Positions 24,425 through 35,521 of a DNA stretch of 64,000 bases are shown here, in pieces. The stretch is from Macrostomum lignano. Lineage: Eukaryota. Location: positions 124,001 through 188,000 of the forward strand of contig NIVC01000917.1 in NCBI GenBank assembly GCA_002269645.1, written 5' to 3'. Within the stretch, counting starts at the first letter, position 1. Each line of letters begins with the position of its first letter. The position numbers and the translations under genes are program-made. The notes under the pieces are model-generated. The model had not been told where the DNA came from and ran no database searches. It saw nothing but the letters and a program-made list of their open reading frames with translations.

Positions 24425-25299
24425 ACAGGTAAAAATATTCATTATTGAAAAACTAGAATTAAAAAAGTTTATTATAATTTAATTCATTCTTAGAAAGTCC
24501 AATTCTACTGTATAGTCAACCTTATCAATATACATTTGTATCCTATTATTATTGGCTAGCTCTACTATCCCACTTTCTTTTGCTGCCATTTCTATTATAT
24601 TTGAAGTTTGAACTAATATGCTGTCTGTCTAGACTTTGTAAATAGCTAACTCACATCTCTATTGAAAAATTTTTTGAAAATGTGCAGACACATGAAACGT
24701 CTAGCAAAAATGCACCAAGGGGTAACTCTCCAATGTATATTGGCCGCGTCAAGGGACCATGTCCATAGTTGCAACAATAAATGACCCTTTTTGCAGTTGC
24801 AACTTTTTTAGCAATTTGAATATTAGCAATGTAAGCTTTGATTAAAACTAAACTAACAATATAGCCTACAGCTAACTACTGAAAGACAGTTTAGATTTTC
24901 AATAACATAGGCATATTCTACATCTCTTTAGAAAAGCCACTCCTACATTTTAATCCTTTAATTGCATAGACATTTACCATAAAATTACTTTTACGACAAT
25001 TTGTTATTATTATACAAATTTGTTATATTTTATTGTTTGGCCATTTTGTCTCCTGTCTATCTTTATATATGGTCATTTTATCCATAGGCAATTTTCACAG
25101 ATTCTAAGCACTGCGCCAAGTATGGCACTGCTCTGCGCTACGTCAAACATAGCCTCACAGAAAATTTGTTGCACTTTAGGGTCATTTTGAAAATACATTG
25201 GATAGCTATCCACTTGTTATATAGCTTAGTTATACATATGGCATTGGCCACTTAATAGTTCACTCAGTTAGATTATTATTATTTGTTATTTGAGTTTTA

Positions 25300-27475
25300 G
25301 TTTTAGTGCACCCTTGTCACCCCAGCATCAGGGGCTAGAGTTATCTAATTCACTTTCTTCTCTCTCTTTGTTGGCCAGCGCGACACCCACCCCTAATCTC
25401 AATCTCACACCACCTCCGCGGGCTTGTTTAGAAAGGACTCTACTGGGTAACAGTTACCCCTTGGCTCTTTTTCTCAACATTGTTGGCACCTTCAACAACA
25501 TTATCTTTGAAGCATTTTAGAGGGCCTTTCAAAACCACAAAGCTCATGCTACCTTCATACGGTGGATCATGCATATGATCTTTAACCGTACGGTCACTGC
25601 CCAACTTCTTGGGCAAACTGGCTTTGCCAGAGTCTGTCAAAGGCAAACCCCAAGGCAAAGTCCTTATCCTGACACTCTAGAACCTAGTCATGGATACTCT
25701 TCTAGCCAACTCCCAACCTGATCCCGTCTTCCAAGTTGGGTATGCTGATAATATCATTGTCATTGTGGCAGGGCCATCTCCTAGCCAATGAAAACAGTCT
25801 AGAAATCTCTAAGCCCAAAACTATTGCCATTATGTTCACTAACAGAATACGCAGGAACATATGACCTCTGCAGTTATACGCAGAGATATTGCTTTTGCGC
25901 ATTAGACCAGATGTCCCACTTGACCACTGGTTTAACTGGTCCTTTCACGTGAAAGTAAAAGCTAAGCGTGCCTCAGCCATTCTGGCCTAGCTCCAATGAG
26001 CACTTGGCACTTCTTGGGGTCTTTCCCCAAAGTGGCTTTGGTGGATTAACACTTATGTAGCTAGACTTGCCATTATGTATGCCTCAGTTGTCTGGGTTAG
26101 CACTACCCAGGTCAAAAGCCATGCAGATTTGTTCAACACAATCCAAGACTTATCTTAGGCTTATCTGCAACGCCACTAGGTCCATGCCTTTTGCTAGCAT
26201 AGGGGCTTTCTTTAATCTACCACCTCTGGACCTCTTTGTCAGGGGTGAGGTAGCTAGAACAATGCAGCATTTACTCGATGCCAGTGTCAAATTCCTTTAA
26301 TAAGGGTACCTGCTAAGCGGAACCTTGTCTGGCATAGTAATATGTGCCTTAATATTCTCAACAAATGTCAGGCCAATTACATCTTCACCAATGGCATTGC
26401 CTCAATGCTCAGTCTAAGACAATGCTAATCCATAGCTATTGACTCGCGCAATACTATCAATGACCACTGGAACCCTAGTGAGCTTTTCTGTTACACCAAT
26501 AGTTCTAAATTAGTCAGCCAACCCCGGTTTTGGTGTTGGAATCTTCCTGAATGAGGGTCATCGCAACCTACACTTATTACACTAGGGTCAACTCTAGTGT
26601 CTTCCAAAATGAAGTTCTCACCATCAGCTCCTGCATTGCAGAGCTTCCTGCCACTGGCATATCTGGTAAGAATATCATTTTCTATTTGGACAACTAAGCT
26701 GCCTTACATGCCATCAGTGGCTATAGTACTAATTCTGCTATAGTCCTTGATGATGTCAAACTTCTCAACATGTTGGGCTCCACCAACAAAATCACCCTTA
26801 GGTGGGTTCTGGAGCATGTGGGGATCCAAGGAAATGAGTTGGCTGATGCCCTTGCAAAAGTTGGTGCCTCCGGCTCCTCTCTTGGTCCCAAACCCCTTGT
26901 CTTGATTCCTGGCTATGTCATCAACTTGCGCATCTATCAAAGTGTGGATCAGGACCCAGCACCACTCAGCTTAGGCAAACTGCACTACCTGCAGGCAATC
27001 CAGAGGCACTGTCCCTTAGCCTTTTCACCAGCTCCAGAAAATCCATTTGTGGCTCTCGCGCAAAGACATCCAGGCTGCCACCATGACCCTCTCAGGTCAT
27101 GGCTGCTTCTCTAGGCACTAGTACATGCAGGGCAACGCCACCAATGCCATCTGCAGTTTTTATAACTCGGTGACAAAACTGCTGAGCATTTTGTCAGCAT
27201 CTGTCCCACCTTTATGCAAGCTAGACTTATTTACCTTGGGCTACACATATCTATTACTGAAGCATGCAAACTCAAAAACTTTAATCAACTTATGTACTAC
27301 TTCCAGGCCACTCGCAAGGCTGAACTTTCTTTTCCAGAGACAGAGAGCATTATAGTTGCTGGCAACACTGGGGGACCTCCTTGGGCGGCACCAACCTTTT
27401 GTCCATAGCAGAATGGGTATTCGTGCCTTCCCGCTATGTCCTCCCCAGGACAGCTTTATAGCTAAGTCAAGTCAA
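25300..27475 (+). mobile_element. Decayed R1/LOA-like non-LTR retrotransposon (3' RT, RNase H, CCHC remnant)
   Basis: Degenerate motifs FLNIVGTFN (FLDIxGAFD), PQGKVL (PQGGVL), YADN (YADD), YTNSSK (YTDGSK), RWVLEHVGIQGNELADALAK (RNase H C-terminus), ETAEHFVSICP; many stops. Boundaries approximate. Confidence 0.85.
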
Positions 27476-29290
27476 ATAAGTTGTGTCTTGTTACTCATTT
27501 GTTTAAAAAATGACAATTGTGAATTGAGGAATTCCAAAGTTTGAAAGCAAAAAAATTAGTATGCTTAATAATGAAGTTACTATAAAGGTGCAGGCAAGGT
27601 TATAGGCCTAATAATAGAGAAATGAATTTTGTTGACTATATAGAAAGTCTTTAAAGGCCAGAGATTGCTAACCCTTTATCTATGCATTAAAACCTATAGC
27701 CAAGGCAGTTTTGTGCTAGAATAATATTCTAAGCAATAAATTTTACATTGCAAAAACATTAAATTATATATGGCTTTAAGAAAAAAATTGAAAAAAATAA
27801 GTTAGGCCTATAAAATATTATTATTAAGCCTAAAGCCAAGGGTCTAAAGTCTCTTAGGCCAACTGTAGCCTAGGCCTAACCTAAGGGCAAGGCTAAGCCA
27901 CTAGGCTTAATAAGGCTGACTTCTAGTTCTCTATGACTATGACCATTGTATTGGAACAGGGGGAGGCAATGGGGTCTATAAAATAAAAAGGACTAAACTT
28001 CTAGTTCTTATGACCATAAGCGTTGGAACAGGGGGGGGGGGGCAGTGGGATCATGGTCCAGGCCCCTTACTTTTAAAGTGGGGGGGGGCGGGGGTATCAA
28101 TGCCAATGGTCCTGCCTTGCCCCCCATTTTTTATCTACTTTTGATATATATTTTTCTCCAAAAATATTGCCATGTTAAAATTGTTAAAAAATTATAATGT
28201 GTTATAATTTTTAATACATATAAGTATTTGCTACTTTTATATCTTATGAGAGGAGAATAAAATACGGATTGGATTGGGTCAGATTCACTGGATTCAGGAT
28301 ATAAGTCATGAGATCCATATATTGCATACAATAAGCAATTATTAGACCATAATTTATTACAAAAAATGAGTAATGTCACAGTCCGGATCATGCTGGGTGC
28401 ACGCCCGAAAAAAATTAAACAATTGGCGATTTGGCGATGCACGCCAAAAAAGTTGTGAGTGCAAACCAGCCAGCCAGCCAGCTCTGAAAAATAATAAATA
28501 AGGGTCTTCTAAAAATGAAAAAAAACAATCTTAAAATTGCAACAGTTTCAAATTCAAATTCGAATTGAAACGCACAAAAATAAAATGTATAGAGACTAAA
28601 CTTATCAAAAGCTTATGAAATTTTATTTTTAAAAAATAATTTTCTTTTACTATAACATTATCAGTAAAAAATGTATAAGCTTAAAGATTTGTTAAAATGC
28701 ACTATTACGAGTTAAAAAACCGAAAGATTTAATTTACGCTAAAAAGTGAACTTATTTATATATTTTCCACTCAACACAAACTCTTCTGCGTGATTGCTTA
28801 AAGTGCATGCCAGTGTGCACGCTTTTTTGTTTGGAAGGCTATAATGCACACCCGAATTTTTTATAGTAAGTTAGGTTTCAGTTTTGTAATAAAATCACAT
28901 TGTAATGTGTCCGCGGATACTTAGAAGCAATGCAGTGAAAAGGCATTAAAAATGAATTAAAAACCATTTGCAGATATTCCCTTTTTTATGATTTTTTCGT
29001 ATTAAGATATAAAATGAGTTATTTTTGCATTATAAGGCAAGGTTACATGTAGCTGTTGGATCGAAAATCATGCCGTCTTCATAATTTAGCCCATTCCGGC
29101 CATAAATAATAAAAAACATGTTTTTAGTATCTTCATATTCCCTTCCCTTAGATTTTTCCTTGTTTTGACGATGAAAATTTTTACTTTGCAAAATGGATCT
29201 AGCACGAGAACAATAATTGACGTAAAAGTTTTTTTAAAGTTTAAAACTATTTATAATCTATCCATGAGAACCATGAAACTAATCCATGAT

Positions 29291-31248
29291 CCGGAAATAA
29301 GCACGGTAGTGGTGACGGCAGCTAACAAGACGCTGCCTCTAATGCAACCTGCAGCCCGTAGTCTCCCGGTCTGGGCGAATGACAAGGAGGTTCAGGAGGC
29401 GAGGCGGACAGTCGAGAGGCTGCGATGAAACAGGCGACTGACGGCCGAGGCCGAGAAAACCCTGGCGGACGCCTACGCCAGACGGCACCAAGCCGCTGTT
29501 GACGATTGCATTCGAAGCGTCACCTCTGCGGGGCTCGACCAACGGAATCGGTTTATCTGACCCACAATCAACGCCCTGACTAAGAAGACGGCGCTGAAAC
29601 CTGACCGCGATACACCAGAGAGGCGCGCAGAAACGAGCTTGCGCAACTTCTTCGCTGATATTGTCAACGCGCCGCCACCGCCTCTGCCATAAGCAATGCC
29701 ATTGCCGCTCGAGACGGACTGCTGCAGGAGAATTTCAGCACTCAGCCAGTGACCAGCAACGACGTAGTGCAGTTTGCTCGCCAGGCGCCGGGAGGTCGCG
29801 CCCCCGGACTAGACGAGGTGCCTATCGAGGCGCTACGAGTCACAAGGGTTGCCACTGAGGTGGCCCGCGTGATGAACGATCCGTCCTCTCGGGAGGTGCC
29901 GCCCCCCGCGAGTGGACAACCGCAAACATCGTCGTGATCCCAAAGAAGCCAGGCACGACACAGAAGGAGGAGCACAGCGGGAGCTCGCTCATGTCCTGCA
30001 CCGCGAAGCTTTTCAACCGCGTGCTGCTAGCTCGGTTGCAGCCTATGCTGGACCAGTTTCTGCGCCCTGAGCAGAACGTGTTCCGTCCACATCGCGGTAC
30101 GGTGACGCAGATCCTAGCCCTCCGCCGCATCATCGGGGAGGTGCGTTCATCAGTCAAGTCTCGTAGTGATTTTCATTGACTTTCTCAAGGCTTTCGACTA
30201 GCTGGTTCGCGGTGCGCTGCCTCTCGTGCTTCGCGCATACAATGTACCGGAGCAATTGATTTCCGCCATCATGGCGATGTACTAGGATACGACCGCTTCG
30301 GTGATGACGCCAGATGGACTGTCGGACGTCGTCAGGCGTCGTCAGGTACGTCGTCAGGCGTGCTGCAGGGTGATACTCTGGCGCCTTTCTTGTTTGTGCT
30401 GGCTCTGGATTGGGTGCTGCTGAGGACCGGCCTGCCCAACACGGTTGACGGCTTCCTGCTGCGAAGACGCACGAGTCGGCGGCACCGGGAGAAGCGGCTC
30501 TCCGTTCTCGGCTACGCGGACGACCTCGCGCTGCTGTCATCGTCGGCTGAAGGCGCTCAGCGGCTGCTGGATGGCCTGACGGCAGCAGCATCGCGAGTCG
30601 GCCTCATGCTGAACGCGCGGAAGACGGTAGTCTTCACATTGCCCGACCTGCCTGCCGAGTTCAGCTACCGAGACACTGCCGGGGAGGCAATTCTGCTTAC
30701 CCGTTGCCAGCGGTTCCTGTACCTCGGCGGCCTCGTGCCGGACGTTGCCGACGACCTGGTGAGACGCCGAGGACTGGCCTGGACCGCGTTTCGTTCTGTG
30801 CGCTCCGTGCTCCATTCTGAGGCCCTGGATGACGGGCTCAAGGCTCGGCTGTTTCAGGCAGTCGTTGAGACTGTCTTGTTGTACAACGCCGAGACCTGGA
30901 CCCTGACGGACGCTTCGGAGAGGCAGCTGGACGCGGCCATGCTGCGTGCGGCGTTCGGAGTGCGCAGCGGTCCAGGCAGCGAGACCAACGCCGCGCTCTA
31001 CACGAGGGCACGCCTGATGCGGCCTTCTGACGAGGTGCTGCTGCTCAAGCTGCAGGGACCGTGCAGGCGAGGCCAAGGGCGAACGGCGAGATACCCTGAC
31101 AGGCTTTTGACCGATGCTGGCGCCCCGGACCAAGCTGGGGGGGGGGGTGACTCTCTGAGGGCTATGGCCCAGAGACGCGCTCTCTGACTTCTCCCCCCTT
31201 TCTAGCCACTGCGTGGCTGGCGGTGAAGTACTTTGTTGTTGTTGTTGT
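29291..31248 (+). mobile_element. 5'-truncated RTE-like non-LTR retrotransposon with frameshifts and stops
   Basis: RT motifs QGDTLAPFLF, YADDLALL, APGLDEVP, KLFNRVLLARL; (TTG)n 3' tail; 9-bp TSD ATCCATGAT at 29282-29290 and 31249-31257. Confidence 0.9.
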
Positions 31249-31988
31249 ATCCATGATATAAACGTTACGCGTGTTTGCCCTGTCAACAAGTTTCACACGT
31301 GGCACGCGGCTGATAGGAGTTATACATGTACATTACGTATAACTACTAAAATATCATTACACATACACGTATTTAGCACTGCATTTTAATAACCTGTCGG
31401 CAGAATCTTGCGAACGACGGCTCCTAACTGTATGGGGCTCGGAGGAAGAAGAAAAATATTATTGGGGGGGGGGGCAATACAAGGGCAAACTCTGATATTT
31501 TAGACGGAAAAGCCTAATCGGAGAATAGAGACTAAATGCAAGAATATTAATATTGATGTCATTGAAAGGCAATGACCCTCTCCAACAATGAGCAGGCATT
31601 TTCCCTCTTTGCCCTCCGGCTCCGCCGCGCCCGCCTATTTTATAACCCTCTGCCATAAATGTACACGCCCAAGTACGAGCGTAGGGCATGCACATGTGCA
31701 CGGATTGAAGTATTTTTCAAACAGTTACGCAGATTTAATTATTGTGCATCGGAATCATTCACTTTCATGAGCATTCAACTTTGTTTAGCTACGATCGAAG
31801 CGTTGGGGGTGCTTAAACTATACTTATTTCGCATTCTACACTACTTGTATACGTTAGCTATAGTACTGCTAGTTATAAAGGCTTATGGAAGGGTATTTTA
31901 GGTAGATACTCGTGTACGCTCTCACAATGCTATTTATAGTTATTCATAAGTCGTTCGAATAGTGTTTAATTATTACGGTATTCTTCTT

Positions 31989-32620
31989 CTAGTGCGAAAC
32001 TGTTGTGCCCCCAGTTGTTGTGTAGTTCCTTCGGCCTTTGGTCTGATAGCTTGTATTAGTCCTGTCCTGGACAGAGTTGCCACCAGTTGACAACATGCCC
32101 TCGTCATTGGGACGCATATCCGTCTGGTCGACGCAGTCGCTGTCTCGACGCCGGAAACTTTCCATGAACTTGGCGTACTCATCCGCGGGAATAAAGTGCA
32201 ACGGAGTGCTGTTCAATGCGCAGTTAATTTGGTTGGCAACGAACTCAGTCAAGTTAGGAAAATTATGAAAGCCAGACCGCATCAGACGCGAGTAAACGAC
32301 ATTGCCATCGATTCGAATCTCAAGAGCCATCTTGGGCAAGATCATATCCACGAGAATCGCACCCGTTGGACGCCTTTGAACATAGAAAACAACCTAAACA
32401 GGTGGTAGTTGTGCCACCTGCCCCACTGCTCGTAGCAGGTTTGAATAAGTACCATAACTGGGGCACTTACTATGACGGATTCGTTAGCCTCAGTGTTGTA
32501 GGCATTCTGACGGGCGCTGCTGGTCGCATCCTCGATTATGCCCAGCGAGTTGCGGCCAAACTGAGAAGGCAATGCTGAGTCAGGCATGTTGAAGTACGTC
32601 GTAAGTGCAGGTAGGTGTAT
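31989..32620 (-). pseudogene. Unidentified intronless coding remnant: two overlapping ORFs offset by one frameshift
   Basis: 32342-32587 (open upstream to ~32620) overlaps 31989-32351. Composition is protein-like and non-repetitive; no motif recognised. Confidence 0.35.
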
Positions 32621-33055
32621 CGTGATTTCTTTATCTTATCTCTTGCTAATTACGGGCTATCAAAAAACTATAGCTTGTAAATCAAAACCAGCGACATCTG
32701 CTGCGTAGAGAGAGCTTACGCTCGTATCGTTGAAAGTCTATGGCAATTACGAGCTAAAGTCAATGATCCAGCTCTGCGACTGATCTTTGGGCGTGCATTT
32801 TTGCCCAAGCCGAACAGCTGATTAATGGCTTATAATTGATCTCACGCCTCGCGTGTATTACAGTAATAAAAACTACTAAAACGCTGCTTACTAACAACAA
32901 AACTGCTAACGTAGTCATGTAATCACTCGCACTCTAGTCACGATGTTTTTAGTGCCTCCTCTGGCTTAGCAACTTTCGACGACGTAGAAATGACGGCTGT
33001 TGGCTCGTCAGCAACCGGCAGCACATCCACGGTGGTCATCGTAGAGACGATGGCT

Positions 33056-34105
33056 CAAGGACTTCTAGACTAACAGGACGTAAAACTCAAAGATCGTGCA
33101 AGTTTTTGGAGGCCACGATTTCCTGGAAAAAATACACTGCGAAGATAGGAAAAAATCAGTTTTTCGTCACAAAATCTGTGATTGTATCCGATCTGGGGCA
33201 GTGAAGACCACCATTCTTTTAATTTAACATGCACAATATGTTACTCTATTATATTTTCATATAGCTGTGTGGTGAAGTTTTCATTTTCATATTGTTTTCA
33301 CTTTATTTCATAAGCCCAAAGTTGCAAACTCACAAGTGGCATTAGCCAAACTTTTTGTGTTGTTCTTTTTAAAATAAAGTATAAAAACATTGCATGTAGG
33401 TACTCTTAGTCTTAAGCTATTATTGTAGGTTTAGTAACTATACTAATTCCTAGGCCTACTAGAACTAGACCTATCACTACACTATCTAGCCTAATAAGTA
33501 ATTAAATTTAGACAATGACTTAGAGATTAGTATATTTAGATTTTTTTATTATATATAGATTACCAATAAATAGTTTCATATGGTTGGTTACCTAGGCTTG
33601 AGAAAGCTGTATTATCAGTTTTTAAGCCAAGCCTATATTTAGGACTAAGATTTAAGAAGAATAGACTTAATCACAAAAATAGGCCCTAACCATTTTTACT
33701 AGGTATCTATAAGAAAAAACATTGATTAGTCCTTTTATAACTTTTATTTTAAAGGCTAAAAATATTATTATATTACAAATTTGAATAGCTTTTCTTTTCT
33801 TGAATTTGATGTTTGGCTAATGCCACTTGTGAGTTTGCAACTTTGGGCTTATGAAATAAAGTGAAAACAATATGAAAATGAAAACTTCACTACACAGCTA
33901 TATGAAAATATAATAGAGTAACATATTGTGCATGTTAAATTAAAAGAATGGTAGTCTTCACTGCCCCAGATCAAATACAATCACAGATTTTGTGACGAAA
34001 AACTGATTTTTTCCATCTTCGCAGTGTATTTTTTCCAGGAAATCGTGGCCTCCAAAAAATTGCACGATCTTTGAGTTTTACGTCCTGTTAGTCTAGAAGT
34101 CCTTG
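33056..34105. mobile_element. Non-autonomous foldback DNA transposon (1050 bp), ~295-bp TIRs, P- or hAT-superfamily
   Basis: TIRs at 33056-33351 and 33811-34105 (CAAGGACTTCTAGAC...GTCTAGAAGTCCTTG); perfect 8-bp TSD CGATGGCT at 33048-33055 and 34106-34113. Confidence 0.92.
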
Positions 34106-35394
34106 CGATGGCTTTGGTGGAGTGCAGCGTGCTGAAGATGCGTAGATGATCACGAGAATCCAAGCTATGTGAGGGTCGACAGCACTGCTGGAGTGACCCG
34201 TGATGCATGCAATGTCACTGCGTTGGACGTCAGCTTGGTTGCTAAGCTCAAACATATCCATGACGCCTTTCACTCTTCCTTTTCTCTCCTTTCCCTTTCT
34301 TTATGTTCGCCTTTAGCGTTAGGTAGTCTCCAGAATTTATTTTATGGTTGAATTTTCCCTCCCCTTCCTGTCCTTCTCTAATTCGCCTCGCATCTTAATC
34401 GGTTTCTGATGGTTTCTGATGGTCTGTGGTCATCTCGTACTTAATAATGTGTGAAACTTAATGAAATCTCCGTAATACGAGCGAATCAAACGTCATGACA
34501 TAAGATTTCGACTTTAAATCTCACCCAAACATCCCATTCTATCCTCATTCTTGTTACTCGACTAAATCCTAGAAGGTAAAAACCTAGATTTCACATCCCG
34601 TCTCCTGCGCGATTCAGTTTGTATCAATCCTTATGAAAAGCCCTTCCAAAGGCAGCGGGGATTGCATGAAGCAGGTGCAGCCGATTTTTATCCTCTAGAG
34701 TTTCACCGTCGCAAATTCGGAGCCAATGCGGGATCGAATCGCTGAATCAATACAGACGAAACTATAAGCGCACGAACCGAAGCGACTTTGCTTACTTTGA
34801 CGTACTATACGCGACGGCGACGGCTGCAGGGTGGGCGGACAGACATCATGGTAGGTTAAAGTAGCAAAATCCTTCCTGCGAAGCAGAGGCGAATTCGAAG
34901 GGAAAAAGCAGAAATCTGAATCGGCACACAGTCAGTGCTCGGCTCTGGCGCTCTCGGATTGGCTGAATGGCTATCGACATGCCAGACGCTTTCTCTGGGG
35001 CTCTCTCATCTAGAGCTCTCTCGCCGCACTGTGACAAGAGAGTGGAAAGCCGGGGAGTGAAAATGCAATAAGGGGTTAGAGAAAATTTTTCATTGCGAGA
35101 TGCTTGCTCGATAGGAGAAATATCTTATTTGCCTCTATGCTCCGCCCAACCCAAGGCGTCCCTCATTCGCTCAATCCCTTTCTAGCCGCTCTTTTTAATC
35201 CTATCCGCCTCTGTGATCTCCCATCTTTGAGTTCTCATTAGAAAATAAACGGCACGAGCCTCTCCGTCTCTGTGAATCCAACCAAAGCGATCTAATTGGG
35301 TTTGTTTTTCTTCCTGCTTAGGACGACAAGTCATTTTTTGCTATTCAAGTCACGCACGCAGACAATTGAAAATCAGCTTGTTGCTCTTGTTGCT

Positions 35395-35401
35395 GTATAA
35401 A
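35395..35401 (+). promoter_or_regulatory. TATA-like box upstream of the 35522 ORF
   Basis: TATAAAA, followed by a probable short 5'-UTR intron (GTAAGT ~35454 to CACAG ~35517) just before the ATG. Confidence 0.35.
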
Positions 35402-35521
35402 AACTCGAGCCAGTCAGATCGAAATCTGGTTTGAACACATCTTGTAGGTTCGGGTAAGTCAAACGCATTGCTTTCCTCAATTAGCAGAAGATTGACGTTC
35501 TGTTCTCAATCGCACAGACCG

